Source: Eledone cirrhosa
Taxonomy: Eukaryota
Direction of reading: 5' to 3'
DNA: 64,000 bases
NCBI GenBank assembly: GCA_964016885.1
Contig: OZ024757.1
Span: 22,258,001-22,322,000 of the forward strand
Part shown: piece by piece, positions 13,427 through 26,470 of the stretch
How the letters are laid out: every line of letters starts with the position of its first letter
How positions within the stretch are numbered: position 1 is the stretch's first letter
Notes under the pieces: model-generated
The model's database searches: none
What the model was told of the DNA's origin: nothing
The model's input: the letters and a program-made list of their open reading frames with translations, nothing else
Position numbers and translations under genes: made by a program

Positions 13427-13831
13427 GAGTGGTTAGAGCATTGGGCTTGCAATCGAAACGTTGTGAGTTCAATTCTCAAACCGGGTGATGTGTTGTTTCC
13501 TTGAGCAAGACACTTTATTTCACATTGCTCCAGTTTACTCAGCTGTAGAAATGAGATGATAGGGACTGGGGTCCCTATGATACCACTGCAAAGTGGTCGT
13601 GGAGGTGCCACGGCATAAAAGCATCCAGTACTCACTGCAAAGTGGTCGTGGAGGTGCCACGGCATAAAAGCATCCAGTACTCACTGTAAAGTGGTCGTGG
13701 AGGTGCCACGGCAAAAAAATGAGGTTGGTGTTAGGAAGGGCATCCAGCTGTAGAAATCAAGCCAGAATCAGTTCCCGTCCCACCCTTGCATGCAGGGAAA
13801 AGAAGACGTATGATGATGATGATGATGATGA
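13427..13831 (+). mobile_element. SINE family A with triplicated 3' module
   Basis: agtggttagagcattgggcttgcaatcg..gagttcaattctc head; ctgcaaagtggtcgtggaggtgccacggca repeated 3 times; (GAT)n tail. Confidence 0.85.
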
Positions 13832-13884
13832 TATATATATACATATATATATATACACACATACATACATATAAACACACACAA

Positions 13885-13932
<48 letters not shown>

Positions 13933-14402
13933 TCATCATCATCATCATCAGGTTTAGCGTCCGTGTTCCACGCTTGCATGGGTTTGGACGGTAGATATAT
14001 ATATATATACACACACATACATATATATATATATAAACACACACAAGCATATATATATACGCACATACATATATATACACACATACATATATATACGCAC
14101 ATACATATATATATACACACATACATATATATACGCACATACATATATATATATATACACACACAAGCATATATATATATACACATACATATATATACAC
14201 ATATATATATATACACACCACAAGCACATAATATATCTTTGTATATAAGTACATTACATATGCACATACATATATACACATATACACACATAATATACCT
14301 TTGTATATATGTATATTATATATACATATACTCACACATATAATATATCTTTGTATATATATATATATATATATATATACATTATATATACACATGAAAG
14401 TT

Positions 14403-14750
14403 CCTGGCTTAGTGGTTAGAGCATTGGGCTTGCAATTGGAAGGTTGTCAGTTCGATTCTCGGCCCGGGTGATGCATTGTGTCCTTGAGCAAGACACTTTA
14501 TTTCATGTTACTCCAGTTCACTAGGCTGTAGAAATGTGTTGCGACATCACTGATGCCAAGCTGTGTCAGCCATTGCCTTTCTCTTGGACAACATCGGTGG
14601 CAGGGAGAGGGGAGACACCAGTCTGGGTGACACCATGTATGGGTGACTGCTGGTCTTCCACAAACAACCTGGCCCAGACTTGTGCCTCGAAGGGGAACTC
14701 TCTAGGTGCAAATCCCATCGTCATTCATAACCAAAGGGGGTCATTACCCT
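14403..14750 (+). mobile_element. SINE with family-A tRNA head but a different 3' body
   Basis: tggcttagtggttagagc..gttcgattc..ccttgagcaagacactt, then an unrelated body (gttgcgacatcactgatgccaagctg...ccaaagggggtc). Confidence 0.75.
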
Positions 14751-15380
14751 TATATACACATACACACACATTGTACACCTTTGTACATTATATGTACATT
14801 ATATATACACATGTACATTATATATACACATTTACACACATACACACACACACACATATACATATATATATATAAGGAAGAATATTTTCGAAACAGTGAG
14901 CGAGTTTGAAATTATAAATATAAGCTATTGCGTATTTTGACTAAAGAAATTAAAAAAATTATTTAGCCTGATAATGGGCTTAAGAACCCTCGGAGAAATG
15001 GAAAATACTCATCTTTATATATATATACATATATATATATATACATATATAGTTGTTACCAGGCTATTGCCCGATATAGGTCTGTTATTTTTCTTAATTT
15101 ACTACTTAAAATTAAGTCTGACAAACCATATTGCTGTAGTTAGTATTTTTTCCCCCTAGCTAACCTAGTCCTTACGATTCGAACACATGTATGTTTATAT
15201 TAGTGTTCATCTCTCTTGTTTATTATATATAAGGGATAACAAAATATCTTTATAGGTAATCCAGTTAGAGGTTGTGAATACTCCGTATTGTGGATAGTTT
15301 TAGCGTACAGTGTTATTTGACTCAACAAGAGGTTTCCGTATGTGGCGAGTTTATGAGTTCTCTTGTATTCCTATGTAAGT

Positions 15381-15487
15381 TTATCTGATGATCTGGTTAA
15401 GTTAACATTGTATTTAAAATTGAGTGGCACAATTTCAAGTGTTCAGCAATTTTTAGACAACTTAATCAGTGAAACAATTGTTAATAT
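15381..15487 (+). ncRNA. Degenerate hammerhead motif with long stem II
   Basis: CTGATGA-t-CTGGTTAAGTT...AACTTAATCAG-t-GAAA-CAATTG-TT, then AATAAA at 15492; stem I weak. Confidence 0.55.
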
Positions 15488-15669
15488 TGTAAATAAAACC
15501 CTTTTTTGTACTGTTGACCACGTTATTCTTCACTCTTTATATATAAAGATGGTAGATGTAGTTGAATAGTTTCCCAGCTTCAATACCTCGACACAGTTAC
15601 ACAAGAAAGTATATTGTCTAGGTGATGTCTGGGTGTGAGGGGGGTATCTAGGTGTGAGGAGGGTGATAT

Positions 15670-16840
15670 CTAGGTGTGAGGCCAGCAATTTGGGGTAGAG
15701 GAAAGTCGATTAAATCGACACCAGTGCATTGCTGGTACTTTATTTTATGAACCCCCGTAAGGATGAAAGGCAAAGTTAAGCTGGTGGGATTTGAACTCAG
15801 AATGGCAAGGGCCATAATTATATGCTACAAAGCATATTGTCAGATGCTCTACTGTTACTGCCAATCCACCACTCTAATAATAATAATAATAATTGTTTCT
15901 GCTTTTGGCACAAGGCCAGCAATTCACCAGTGAATTACTGGTACTTTATTTTATCGACCCTGTGAGGATGAAAGGCAAAGTTAACCTCAGCGGGATTTGA
16001 ACTCAGTCCATAAAGGGCCGTAACTCTATGCTGGAAAGCATGGCGTCCGACCCTCTACTGATCATGGTTTCTAATTTAGCCTCAAGACCAGCAATTTTGA
16101 AAGGTAGGGAAAAGTTGTTTAAATCTACCCCAGTACTTGACTGGTACTTTATTTATTGAACCCAAAAAGATAAAAGGCAAAGTTAACATCAGTGGGGTTT
16201 GAACTCAGAATGTAAAGAGCTGTAACTCTATGCCACAGAGCATGTTGTCTGATGCTCTACCGATACAGCCAATACACAGAAAATAACATTAATAATTGTT
16301 TCTACTTTTGGCACAAGGCCAGCAATTGTCCCAGTGCATTACTGGTACTTTATTTTATCGACCCCGTAAGGATGAAAGGCAAAGTTAACCTCGGCGGGAT
16401 TTGAACTCAGAATGGCAAGGGCCGTAACTCTATGCGTCAAAGTGTGGTGTCCGACCCTCTACCGATACTGCCAATTCACATTAATAATAATGGTTTCTAC
16501 TTTTGGCACAAGGCCAGCAATTACCCAGTGCATTACTGGTACTTTATTTTATCGACCCCGTAAGGATGAAAGGTAAAGTCAACCTCGGCGGGATTTGAAC
16601 TCAGATCGTAAAGGGACGTAACTATGCTGGAAAGCATGGTGTCCGACCCTCTACCGATACTGGCAATCCACCGCCCTTAATTCACATTAATAATAATGGT
16701 TTCTTATATAATAACATTAATAATAATAGCCGAGGTTAACTTTGCCTTTCATCCTTACGGGGTCGATAAAATAAAGTACCAGTAATGTACTGGGTAATTG
16801 CTGGCCTTGTGCCTAACGTAGAAACAATTAATAATAATAG
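15670..16840. mobile_element. Cluster of SINE-B copies: five head-to-tail on minus plus one partial inverted copy (16730-16840)
   Basis: Repeated ggcacaaggccagcaatt..ctggtactttattttatcgaccccgtaaggatgaaaggcaaagttaacc; most junctions are (TAA)n runs. Confidence 0.88.
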
Positions 16841-17240
16841 CAATAGTTAAATAAATGAAAAAATCCATGAAACGAGAGTACAAGGTTGAGATTTGAGCGG
16901 ATGAAAGAGATATTTCAGACATATAATATTGCTCTAATACTTATCTTTATTACTCATAATTCTTTATCAGCAGAAACAGAAAATGAGGAACATGATAAAA
17001 ATCATCATCATCATCATCATGATGATAATCATTATCATTATTAACATCAAGATAATTATCATTATCTAGATAGCAATAAATATAATATCTTTAATGATGA
17101 TAAAATGGAAAAGTATAATAGAGAAGGAAATATGGAGAATATTATGAATGGAATTAATGTGTGTAGTGGTGGTGGTGGTAGGGGGTGTGTATATATATAT
17201 ATATACACACACACACATATATAATACCTTCTACCACCAC

Positions 17241-17285
<45 letters not shown>

Positions 17286-17306
17286 GTGTGTGTGTGTGAG
17301 TATATA

Positions 17307-17644
17307 TCATTCATCATTTCATTTTACGTCCACTTTTTCCCTGCTTGCAAGGGTGGGACGGGAACTGATGCTGGCTTGATTTCTACAGCTGGATGCCCTT
17401 CCTAACACCAACCTCATTTACAGTGAGTGCTGGGTGCTTTTTTGCTGTGGCACCTCCACGACCACTTTGCAGTGGAATGATAGGGACCCCAGTCCCTATC
17501 ATCTCATTTCTACAGCTGAGTAAACTGGAGCAATGTGAAATAAAGTGTCTTGCTCAAGGAAACAACACATCGCCCGGTCTGAGAATTGAACTCACAACCT
17601 TTTGATTGCAAGCCCATGCTCTAACCACTAAGCCATGTGCCTCC
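17307..17644 (-). mobile_element. SINE family A, full length
   Basis: Reverse complement of 51130-51473. Confidence 0.88.
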
Positions 17645-17663
17645 ATATATATATATATATATA

Positions 17664-17839
17664 TAACAAAGAGGGTGTGGTAAGATACCAGGTGGACCAT
17701 AACGCACCAAAGTACTCAATACTTAGGGTAGTAGAGTGGATAATATGAAAAGAGTCAGGACCCCGACATCTGAGCTTTGGCTGTTGTTCGGATCTAGCTG
17801 TCGAAATGGCCGGAGCTCAGCCATCAGGGTCCTGACTCT

Positions 17840-17847
<8 letters not shown>
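17664..17847. mobile_element. Fold-back element in (TA)n (hairpin 17743-17847)
   Basis: atatgaaaagagtcaggaccc ... gggtcctgactcttttcatat; the family recurs at 25994 and 41918. Confidence 0.75.
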
Positions 17848-17885
<38 letters not shown>

Positions 17886-18488
17886 TCATTATATACCGAG
17901 GAATATGAAACAAACAAATCGTTAGTAAAATGGGGGATTATCTTATATTTGCTATCTAAACATAATGTGTTGATTAGCTGCCTTGGCTTAACAGGGTTGC
18001 GATTTTTGCCCATTTCTCAGATATAGAATAGGAAGGGTCGACTTATATTCGAGAATATATGGCTTATATTCGAATATGTATGGTATGATTTCTAGCAGCA
18101 TTCTTTGTTAAACAATGGAGATGCTGATTTATCAGGTGATTTAAAATTGCGAGTACTTAACATTTTATTATGTTAAGCTGTTGAATCATTAATTTTTCTC
18201 TGCTTTCCTGCAACAGTTCCTGCTTGGGATTGTTGCCTTACAATAATTTAACGTATATGTCTGTTCTGGAATGATCCACTGAGCATATTGTAAGCAACGA
18301 AATTGAAATCATTGTATAGTGATCTAAATCCTTATATATATATATAAAAAGTAAACAGATATAACAAAGCAAACATGAAGAAACATATTAGTTTAACTAG
18401 TAATGGGGAAAGAGTTTTAATAGTTTGGACATAGTCGTTCATCTGAAATTAGAATGAGAAATAAAAGATGAAATAGAAAGATAAAGAG

Positions 18489-18529
<41 letters not shown>

Positions 18530-18591
18530 CTTGGAATTTGCGTTACGTTTCGCTTTTTCTACCTGCCGAAATGCGATTCTTCCTGAATTTA

Positions 18592-18626
<35 letters not shown>

Positions 18627-19043
18627 TTATTTATTTATTTAAAGATAAACAAGGATTTTAATTAAATCATTTAATTGATTTACAGCCATCTTATTAGACT
18701 AACAGTAATATTCCATTCCTGTGAGATTGTAATACTACAGTGATTGATTGGACATTTTCTGATTGGATTAAATTCTAACTGTTTTTTACCTATATTGCTG
18801 TAGACTTTAAAATCATATTGAGCTTTAAAATGTTCTTTGCCTTTATATGGTTCTATTATCAACTCACTCAAACTATATATATATATATATAAGTTAGGTA
18901 ATTCCAAAGGAAAAGCAAAGGAAAAAAGAGTGCTCTATGTATAGAACAGAGCTGTTTTGTGTTGTTCACTTTCTAATTAAATATATGACAGCGATGAATT
19001 TGTTTTGCAAAGTTTTTGATATGAAATCACGTGTCGAAACAAA

Positions 19044-19565
19044 TATTGTTATACTTGGGGAGGGTCATATTGTTGTAATAATATTGCCAGAATTAATAAC
19101 AGAACACACTCACTGTTTGGTTGGTTTTCGCTTCTGTATCTTTTATATCTCCACAGTTAATTCATTCGGTCCTCAATGTTTACCATTGACTGACCAGCGG
19201 TCAAAAATACAGATATAATATAGATATAAAGACATATATATAGTCTAACAAAGTTCTTTCGTTGCACATCTGCAACATCATCAGTGGTACTTTTATGTTC
19301 CTCCTGTTGCGTAGACATACAATACAACAGGAGGAACATAATAGTACCACTGATGATGTTGCAGATGCGCCTATATATATGCTTATATGTTTATATCTGT
19401 ATTTTTTACCGTTGGTCAGTCAATGATAAACATTGAGGACCGAATGAATTAACTGTGGAGATATAAAAGATACAGAAGCGAAAACCAACCAAACAGTGAG
19501 AGTGTTCTGTTATTATTTCTGGCAATATTATTACAACAATATGACCCTCCCCAAGTATAACAATA
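19044..19565. mobile_element. About 520-bp fold-back (inverted pair of Penelope-like terminal repeats)
   Basis: Arms 19044-19309 and 19325-19565 are reverse complements with a 15-nt loop; carries a hammerhead motif. Confidence 0.85.
19246..19290 (-). ncRNA. Type-I hammerhead motif (family of 3751)
   Basis: Minus strand TACCA-CTGATGA-T-GTTGCA(gatg)TGCAAC-GAAA-GAAC-TT-TGTTA; the mirror copy at 19344-19370 has lost GAAA. Confidence 0.7.
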
Positions 19566-19567
19566 AT

Positions 19568-19614
<47 letters not shown>

Positions 19615-19738
19615 ACAGTAAACATTGATGCAATTTAATTCAAGCACTCTACATATTTTTCCCCATAGGAATGATGGAGTATATTTAGAATAAGAAAATC
19701 TGAAGTAGTTACAGATGTTAAAGTCTTTTATTGATAAG

Positions 19739-19813
19739 GCTGTGATACATATTTCAATGACAACAGTGGCCATTTGATTCCATGCAACCAGTGCCATGAT
19801 CTCATCAGACAGC
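19739..19813 (-). ncRNA. Type-I hammerhead motif
   Basis: Minus strand GCTGT-CTGATGA-[gatcATGGCA...TGTCATt]-GAAA-TATGTA-TC-ACAGC, then AATAAA. Confidence 0.75.
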
Positions 19814-19949
19814 TTCATTACATAATAAAGTTACGTTCTGGAGGCAATCCAAATTTAAACTACAAGGGAACGAGCGAAGGCTTCAAAAACATCATCTTTG
19901 TCATTTTAATTTGGATTGCTTCCAGAACGTAACTTTATTATGTAATGAA

Positions 19950-20024
19950 GCTGCCTGATGAGATCATGGCACAGGTTGCGCAGAATAGTGTGGCCACTGT
20001 TGTCATTGAAACGTATATCACAGC
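19950..20024 (+). ncRNA. Type-I hammerhead motif (mirror of 19739)
   Basis: GCTGC-CTGATGA-[gatcATGGCACAG...CTGTTGTCATt]-GAAA-CGTATA-TC-ACAGC; AATAAA at 20031. Confidence 0.65.
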
Positions 20025-20114
20025 CTTATTAATAAAAGACTTTAATATCTACAACTACTTTGGATTTTCTTTCTTTCTCTCTCTCTCTATATATACATAT
20101 GCAAATAGTAACAA

Positions 20115-20458
20115 CAATTTCTAATTTAATGACAAGGCCAACAATTTGTGTGAAAGAAGAAAGTCAATTTTTATCAACCCCACTACGTAACTGGTATTCT
20201 ATTACATCGACCCCAGAAGGATGAAAAGCAAAGGTGACCTTGGTAGGATTTGACCTCAGAATATAGAAATAATTGTTACTACATTAGGCACAAGGCCAGA
20301 AATACCCAGTGTATTACTGGTACTTTATTTTATCGACCCCGTAAGGATGAAAGGCAAAGTTAACCTCGGCGGCATTTGAACTCAGAATGGCAAGGGCCGT
20401 AACTCTATGCATCAAAGCATGGCGTCCGACCGTCTACCGATACTGCCAATCCACCGCC
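20115..20458 (-). mobile_element. Two SINE-B copies (one old, one younger)
   Basis: SINE-B core motif twice; 5' end ggcggtggattggcagtatcgg at 20458. Confidence 0.8.
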
Positions 20459-20519
20459 ATCAGAATATAGAAATAATCACATCTAAATACATGTGTTGGT
20501 GTTTGTTACAAGCACTGGC

Positions 20520-21015
20520 ATCTGCTACATGTGTTGGCATTGCTATATGTGCAGGTATTTCATTGCGTTGTGGTGGCATTGCTACATGGGTAATACAATT
20601 TTTGCATGTTGACATTACTACACATATGGGTAGTTCACTACATGTACGGTATTACACTACATATGGTGGCATTGCTACATGTACAGTATTTCACTACATG
20701 GTGATGGCATTGCTACATGTAAGTGTATTACACTACATATGGTGGCATTGCTACATGTATGGGTATTACACTACATATGGTGACATTGCTACATGCGTTG
20801 GTATTACACTATGCAAGGCGACATTGCTACATGTGTAATACACTGCATATGGTGGCATTGCTACATGTGCTGACATTACACTATGTATGACGACATTGTT
20901 ATGTGTGTAATACACTCTATATGGTGGTATTGCTACATGTGCAATACACTATAAATGGCAACATTGCTACATGCGTAATACACTATATATGGTGGTATTG
21001 CTACATGTGTAATAC
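20520..21015. repeat. About 35-bp degenerate minisatellite
   Basis: atatggtggcattgctacatgt..tattacactac repeated more than 10 times. Confidence 0.85.
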
Positions 21016-21094
21016 AATTTCTAGAATTCTCGAGACACACCCTCCTCACACCTTAAATACATTCAATAAATGTGTTTCTTCTGTATGTTTGTGT

Positions 21095-21670
21095 AGTGGT
21101 GGTGGTGGTGGTGGTGGTAGTAGTAGTGGTGGTGGTGGTAGTAATGGTGGTGGTGGTGTTGTTCATAGTAGTGTTGGTGGTGGTGGTAGTAGTAGTAGTA
21201 GTGGTGGTGGTGTTGTTAGTAGTAGTGTTGGTGGTGGTGGTGGTTTTGTTAGTAGTAGTGGTAGTGGTGTTAGTAGTAGTAGTGTTGGTGGTAGTGGTGT
21301 TGTTAATAGTAGTAGTAGTAGTGGTGGTGGTGGTAGTAGTAGTGGTGGTGTTGGTTGTAGTAGTGGTGGTGTTGGTGGTGATGGTGGTAGTAGTAGTGGT
21401 GATGCTGGTAGTAGTAGTAGTTGTATTATTATTATTATTAGTAGTAGTTATAGTAATAGTAATAGTGGTGGTGGTAGTATTAGTAGTAGTAGTAATAGTA
21501 GTAGTAATAGTGGTGGTGGTAGTATTAGTAGTAGTAGTAATAGTAGTAGTAGTAATAGAGGTAGTAGTAGGTAATAGTAGTAGTAATGGTAGTAGTAGGT
21601 AAAAGTAGTAGTAGTGGTAGTAGTAATGGTAGTAGTTATATTAGTAATGGTATTAGTATTAGTGGTAGTA
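21095..21670. repeat. (GGT/AGT)n trinucleotide satellite
   Basis: Direct reading. Confidence 0.95.
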
Positions 21671-22499
21671 GTTGTATATTTTATACATGCAATCCCATTT
21701 TGTTTTTTAACTGGTTTACCTCCATTTTATAATATTCTATATAAAGGTTACTTTAATATAATCTAAAATTGGTTTCGGTGTGGTGCCTAATCTAAATAAA
21801 CATAACAAATAGAACAGAATAAAACAAAAGAGTACTACCCCTCCCCCACCTCCTCCCATAAATAAAACCAAACTATATATCATCAAAATACAATACCTCA
21901 CTCCGATCCCCACAAAATGAAGTAATCTATTGAAAGCATGTGTTAAAATATATAGAAAATATCATCATCGTCGTTTAACGTCCATCTTCCACGCTAGCAT
22001 GAAAGATGTTTAAAATATATACATTTTAAAGTTTTATCATCAAACAGATCTACAATGTTGTTCTACACACTGGTTTGCATATATAATGTAGTTGTGATAT
22101 TAAGATAGATTTAGATTTTGGACCACAACTGGGGTGGTGGGAAGGGACAGTGGGCTTAAAACAAAACTGAGAGAAAATAATAAGATTAAATAAAATAAAA
22201 TAAATAAATAAATTATAAAATAAAATAAAAATATATAAATAAATAAATTGTATATTTTAAATAAAATAAAATAAATTAATAAAACAACTAAAATTAAACA
22301 AATAAAATAAAATAAATAAAATAAAATAAAATAAATATAAAATAAAATAAATAAATAAATGGAATATAAAATGAAGAGAAGTAAATATAATGGTTTCTGA
22401 TTGAGGCAAAAGACCAACAATTTTAATAATAATAATGAAATTATTGTGTACAGTGCTCAGGTGCACTACAAGTCGTCAAAGGTGCATGTATAGTACATA

Positions 22500-22688
22500 G
22501 AATAATTGTTTCTACTTTTGGCACAAGGCCAGCAAATTACTCAGTGCATTACTGGTACTTTAATTTATCGACACTGTAAGAATGAAAGACAAAGTTAACC
22601 TCGGCGGGATTTGAACTCAAAATAGAAAGGGCCGTAACTCTATGCGTCAAAGCATGGTGTCCGACCCTCTACCGATACTGCCAATCCA
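22500..22688 (-). mobile_element. SINE-B copy
   Basis: SINE-B core and tail. Confidence 0.85.
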
Positions 22689-22764
22689 GAATAATATACA
22701 AATGTCAGGGAAGTGAATAGTTTATGAGTCATGATATACATGTGTGTGTGTGTGTGTGTGTGTA

Positions 22765-23840
22765 TGGAGGGGGAATATTAGGTGTAGTGTTGGTGAATCT
22801 CAGGAATGGAGGTTTTAAAGGATGCAGTGTCTCGACAGCTAACAACTGATGCCGGTAGTTTGTTCCATGCTTCAGCAACTCTGAGCGTGAAAAAATGTTT
22901 CCGAAAGTCATGGGAACTGTGCTGTTTTCTGACTTTGTGGGCATACCCACGTGTGTTAGACACATGGAAATCGAAAAGGTACTCAGGGTTGTTGTTGGCA
23001 AGATGGTTGATAATTCTGTGGATGTTTACCAAGTCAGTTGCGAGACATTGGAGCTACAATGTATCCATGCCCAGGGAAGCAAGGCATTCAGAGTATGGTA
23101 GATGCCTGCCTGGTGGAGGGTATTCGCTTGGTCGCACGTCTCTGAACAGTTTCCAGGCGGTCGATGTTCTGAGCAAGATAGGGGTTCCAGACTGGTGATG
23201 CAAATTCTAAGTGTGGCTGCACCATAGCTATATACAGCTTTAAATAGATAGCTGGAGAGCGGCTGACAAAGGTCTTGCTGAGTGATGCTAAGACACCCTC
23301 GGCCTTCTTGACAATTTTAGAGACGTGCTTCGTCCAATGCAAATCGTTGATGACCGTAATGTCCAGGTCACGCTCACAAGAAGACTTCTTGATATTAGTG
23401 GTGTGGAGGGAGTATGCGGACACTGGGTTTTTACTCCCAAAATGCATGGTGGTGCACTTGTCCACAGCCAACTTGAGTTGCCAGTCTGTGATCCATTGTT
23501 GCATTGTGTTCAGGTCAGATTGCAGGCAAGATCTATAGTGTTCAGGATCTGTCCTTTTTATCTCAAGGTACAGCTTGATGTCATCTGCATATTTCAGCAC
23601 TGTGGCATTCTTTAAGTTGGCATCTACGTCATTAATGTATGCCACAAACAAAAGGGGGCCAAGAACAGATCCCTGTGGTACACCAGATGACATCTCATAT
23701 GGTGAGGAATGCTGTCCTAGAATCGTGACTGCCTCTCTTCGACTGAGAATGAAGGACTTCAACCAGTTAAAAAGATCATCCTTTACACCCATTGCAGAGA
23801 GTTTTGCCATAAGTCTTTTGTGTGGCACAGAATTGAAAGC
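22765..23840 (-). mobile_element. CR1-clade LINE, 5'-truncated RT C-terminal half; frameshifted near 23100
   Basis: SVPH..L..KL, SGVPQGSVLGPLLF..YIND, KYADDIKLY, W...WQLKL...KC..MH, PHLEFASPVWNPY, VQRRATKRI; then TRGY..K..K....FRKHFFTLRVAEAWNKLPASVV. Confidence 0.92.
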
Positions 23841-24379
23841 GTTAAAGAGAAGGAAGTTGATTAAATTGACCTCAGTGCATTACAGGTACTTTATTTTATC
23901 GACACTGTAAGGATGAATGACAAGGCTAATTTTGGTGGGATTTGAACTCAGAATGTAAAGGTATGTAACTATATGCTGCAAGGCATGTTGTCTGATGCTA
24001 CTAACATAGATTCTCATGTGAGCAAACATAGGAAAGGAAGGGCTGGTCTTTGATGGTAAAAACTGTTAAATATGATCATTTATGACCCCCACCTCCCATA
24101 CATATCATTCCTTTCATGTTCTACTTATTATCATTATATCATATTACCCCCACCCAACCTCCACACCAATCACATTGGGATGATTAAATTTAATATTCTA
24201 GGGTTTAATGTTTAATTTCATTGTTAAAAAATTAATGTTTCTTAATCCTTTATTTTAAAATATGAGAAAGAAATTTACAATTGAACGACATTTACATACA
24301 AAAAAAAAATGAAAAAGAATAGGAAAATGTAAAGGAAATGGAGAGGGAGTGACAGACTCTACACCCTTGTATAGGGAGC

Positions 24380-24740
24380 GTATCTCAGCTGTGCCTCATG
24401 GACAAAACATCGCAGGGGAAGAATAGAGTACAATATATATTAGTTTAATGCTTAATATAGAAGGAAAAGAATCAATGTTTCAGATGTTAGTTCTTCGTCA
24501 AAAGAGAGAAAGAAACAGAGATGGCAACTTGAATGGACCTGTTATTTTTCTCTAAAAATATCTTTTTCCAAATCCACCCTGCCCGTCCCCTCAATCTTTC
24601 TACTTACTCATTCTTTCTTCTGATAAAGGACTAACGTCCAAAACATTAAGGCCCTCTTCCTGCTATTTCAAGTGTTAAACTAATATATTCCTTCCATATA
24701 CTGTACCAATTGTGTTATTATTTCTGTTTACCTTTTACAA
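24380..24740. mobile_element. Divergent pair of degenerate hammerhead-type repeats (family of 583-800)
   Basis: Minus-strand tTGACGAagaactaacatctGAAAcatt at about 24474-24502; plus-strand CTGATAAaggactaacgtccaaaacattaag at about 24620-24650 within a copy of 583-800. Confidence 0.55.
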
Positions 24741-24913
24741 ACACACACATATATATATGCAAAAAGCAAACAGAAATACCAAAACAAACAACACAGAGCA
24801 ATCAACAAATATATTAATATATTTCTTCATTGTTCTGTGTTGTTTGCTTTGTTATATATATATATATTTTTTTTATTGAGGCGAAAGAGTGAATATCGTC
24901 AGGCTGGAGTGTT

Positions 24914-24972
24914 ACCTGTTTATCACAGGGTCATAAGACATGACCCTGTGATAAACAGGTGAAACAGAGTAA
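24914..24972 (+). other. Perfect 21-bp hairpin whose right arm is a 5'-truncated hammerhead
   Basis: acctgtttatcacagggtcat-aagac-ATGAcCCTGTgataaACAGGt-GAAA-cagag-TA. Confidence 0.6.
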
Positions 24973-25087
24973 CAAGACTTACTATTTAGCCTTACTAAAA
25001 TTAATATTAAAACTCTACTTCGGTATTGAGTACTCTTTTCTTTCAGCCATCAACCACGCGCGCACACACACACACATACATATCCTT

Positions 25088-25389
25088 ATCATCATCATTT
25101 TACGCCCACTTTTCCCTGCTTGCAAGGGTGGGACGGGAACTGATTCTGCTTGATTTCTACAGCTGAATGCCCTTCCTAACACCAACCTCATTTACAGTGA
25201 GTGCTGGGTGGTTTTTTGCCGTGGCACCTCCACAACCACTTTGCAATCTTATCATCTCATTTCTACAGCTGATTAAACTGGAGTAATGTGAAATAAAGTG
25301 TCTTGCTCAAGGAAACAATACATCACCCGGTCTGAGAATTGAACTCACAACCTTTCGATTGCAAGGCCAATACTCTAACCACTAAGCTA
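25088..25389 (-). mobile_element. SINE family A
   Basis: Matches 17307-17644 with a small internal deletion. Confidence 0.85.
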
Positions 25390-25427
25390 TATATATATAT
25401 ATATATATATCATCATCATCATCATCA

Positions 25428-25502
<75 letters not shown>

Positions 25503-25881
25503 TATTTGATAATATACTGTATGTTTAATTAAAAACATTTTGAAGACCATATATATATATGGTGGCAATAAACAGGGAGGTTATATCTGAAGTAGGTAGA
25601 GCACTCAGTCCAAAGGACGAGTTTGGTATAGAGTAAAAGGGCGAGTTAATTCCACATTAAATTACTAATTTCAGTCTATAAAGAGGTGCACTACTGCAGA
25701 CAAGGGGGCAGTAAAACTAGAAAGGTCAAACTCCATGATAAATAAAACACGAGGTCTGTTGTTCAGTGTCTTTGTGGCAAACATTAACACCAATTCTGTG
25801 CTATTAACAGTTCCTGAAAGTTGGAATGGTTCTACACAAGCCTTCACCACTTAAAACAAATCATCCATGTTGGGTATTCGG

Positions 25882-25944
<63 letters not shown>

Positions 25945-25945
25945 A

Positions 25946-25993
<48 letters not shown>

Positions 25994-25995
<2 letters not shown>

Positions 25996-26157
25996 CGAAG
26001 GAGTTGTGGTAAGGAACCAGATGGACCATAACGCACCAGAGTACTCAATACTTAGAGTAGTAGAGTGGGTAATAGGAAAATGTATGACCCTGACGGCAGA
26101 GCTCAAGCCGTTTTGACAGCTATTTCTGGACTTTTCAGTCCAGAAATAGCCGTCGAA
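25994..26157. mobile_element. Fold-back family copy (hairpin 26112-26157)
   Basis: aacgaaggagttgtggtaaggaaccagatggaccataacgcacc...; gacagctatttctggact-tttc-agtccagaaatagccgtc. Confidence 0.75.
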
Positions 26158-26159
26158 TT

Positions 26160-26470
26160 CAGTATTTGTGCCAACCCTTACCTATGTTTATGGGTAATGA
26201 CTGAAAGAATACATTCGCAAATATAAACAGCCAAAATGGAGTAACATTATTCGATAGAGTGCATAGCTTGGAGATCAGGTAGTTGCTCCAGATAGATCTA
26301 CTATTTCTACAAATTGAGTGATACTATGGGCATGTAGTTAGAATGTACCAGGAAAGAATCGCTGGACAGATTTTATGGGCAAACCAACCAATAGGAGACC
26401 CAGGTTTAAACCCCAAGCAAGATGATTTGATAACATCCATGAGCTTGGCTGGTGTTGCTTGGGAATCTGT
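26160..26470 (+). mobile_element. Old RTE LINE C-terminal remnant
   Basis: Broken peptides VFVPTLTY / VMTERI / DRVHSLEIR / YGHVVRMYQERIA.QILWA; related minus-strand remnant at about 56280-56500. Confidence 0.65.

Larger units (their letters stand above)
19693..20070. mobile_element. Divergent inverted pair of hammerhead-bearing repeats
   Basis: Arms about 19693-19859 and 19904-20070, spacer about 44 bp. Confidence 0.85.
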
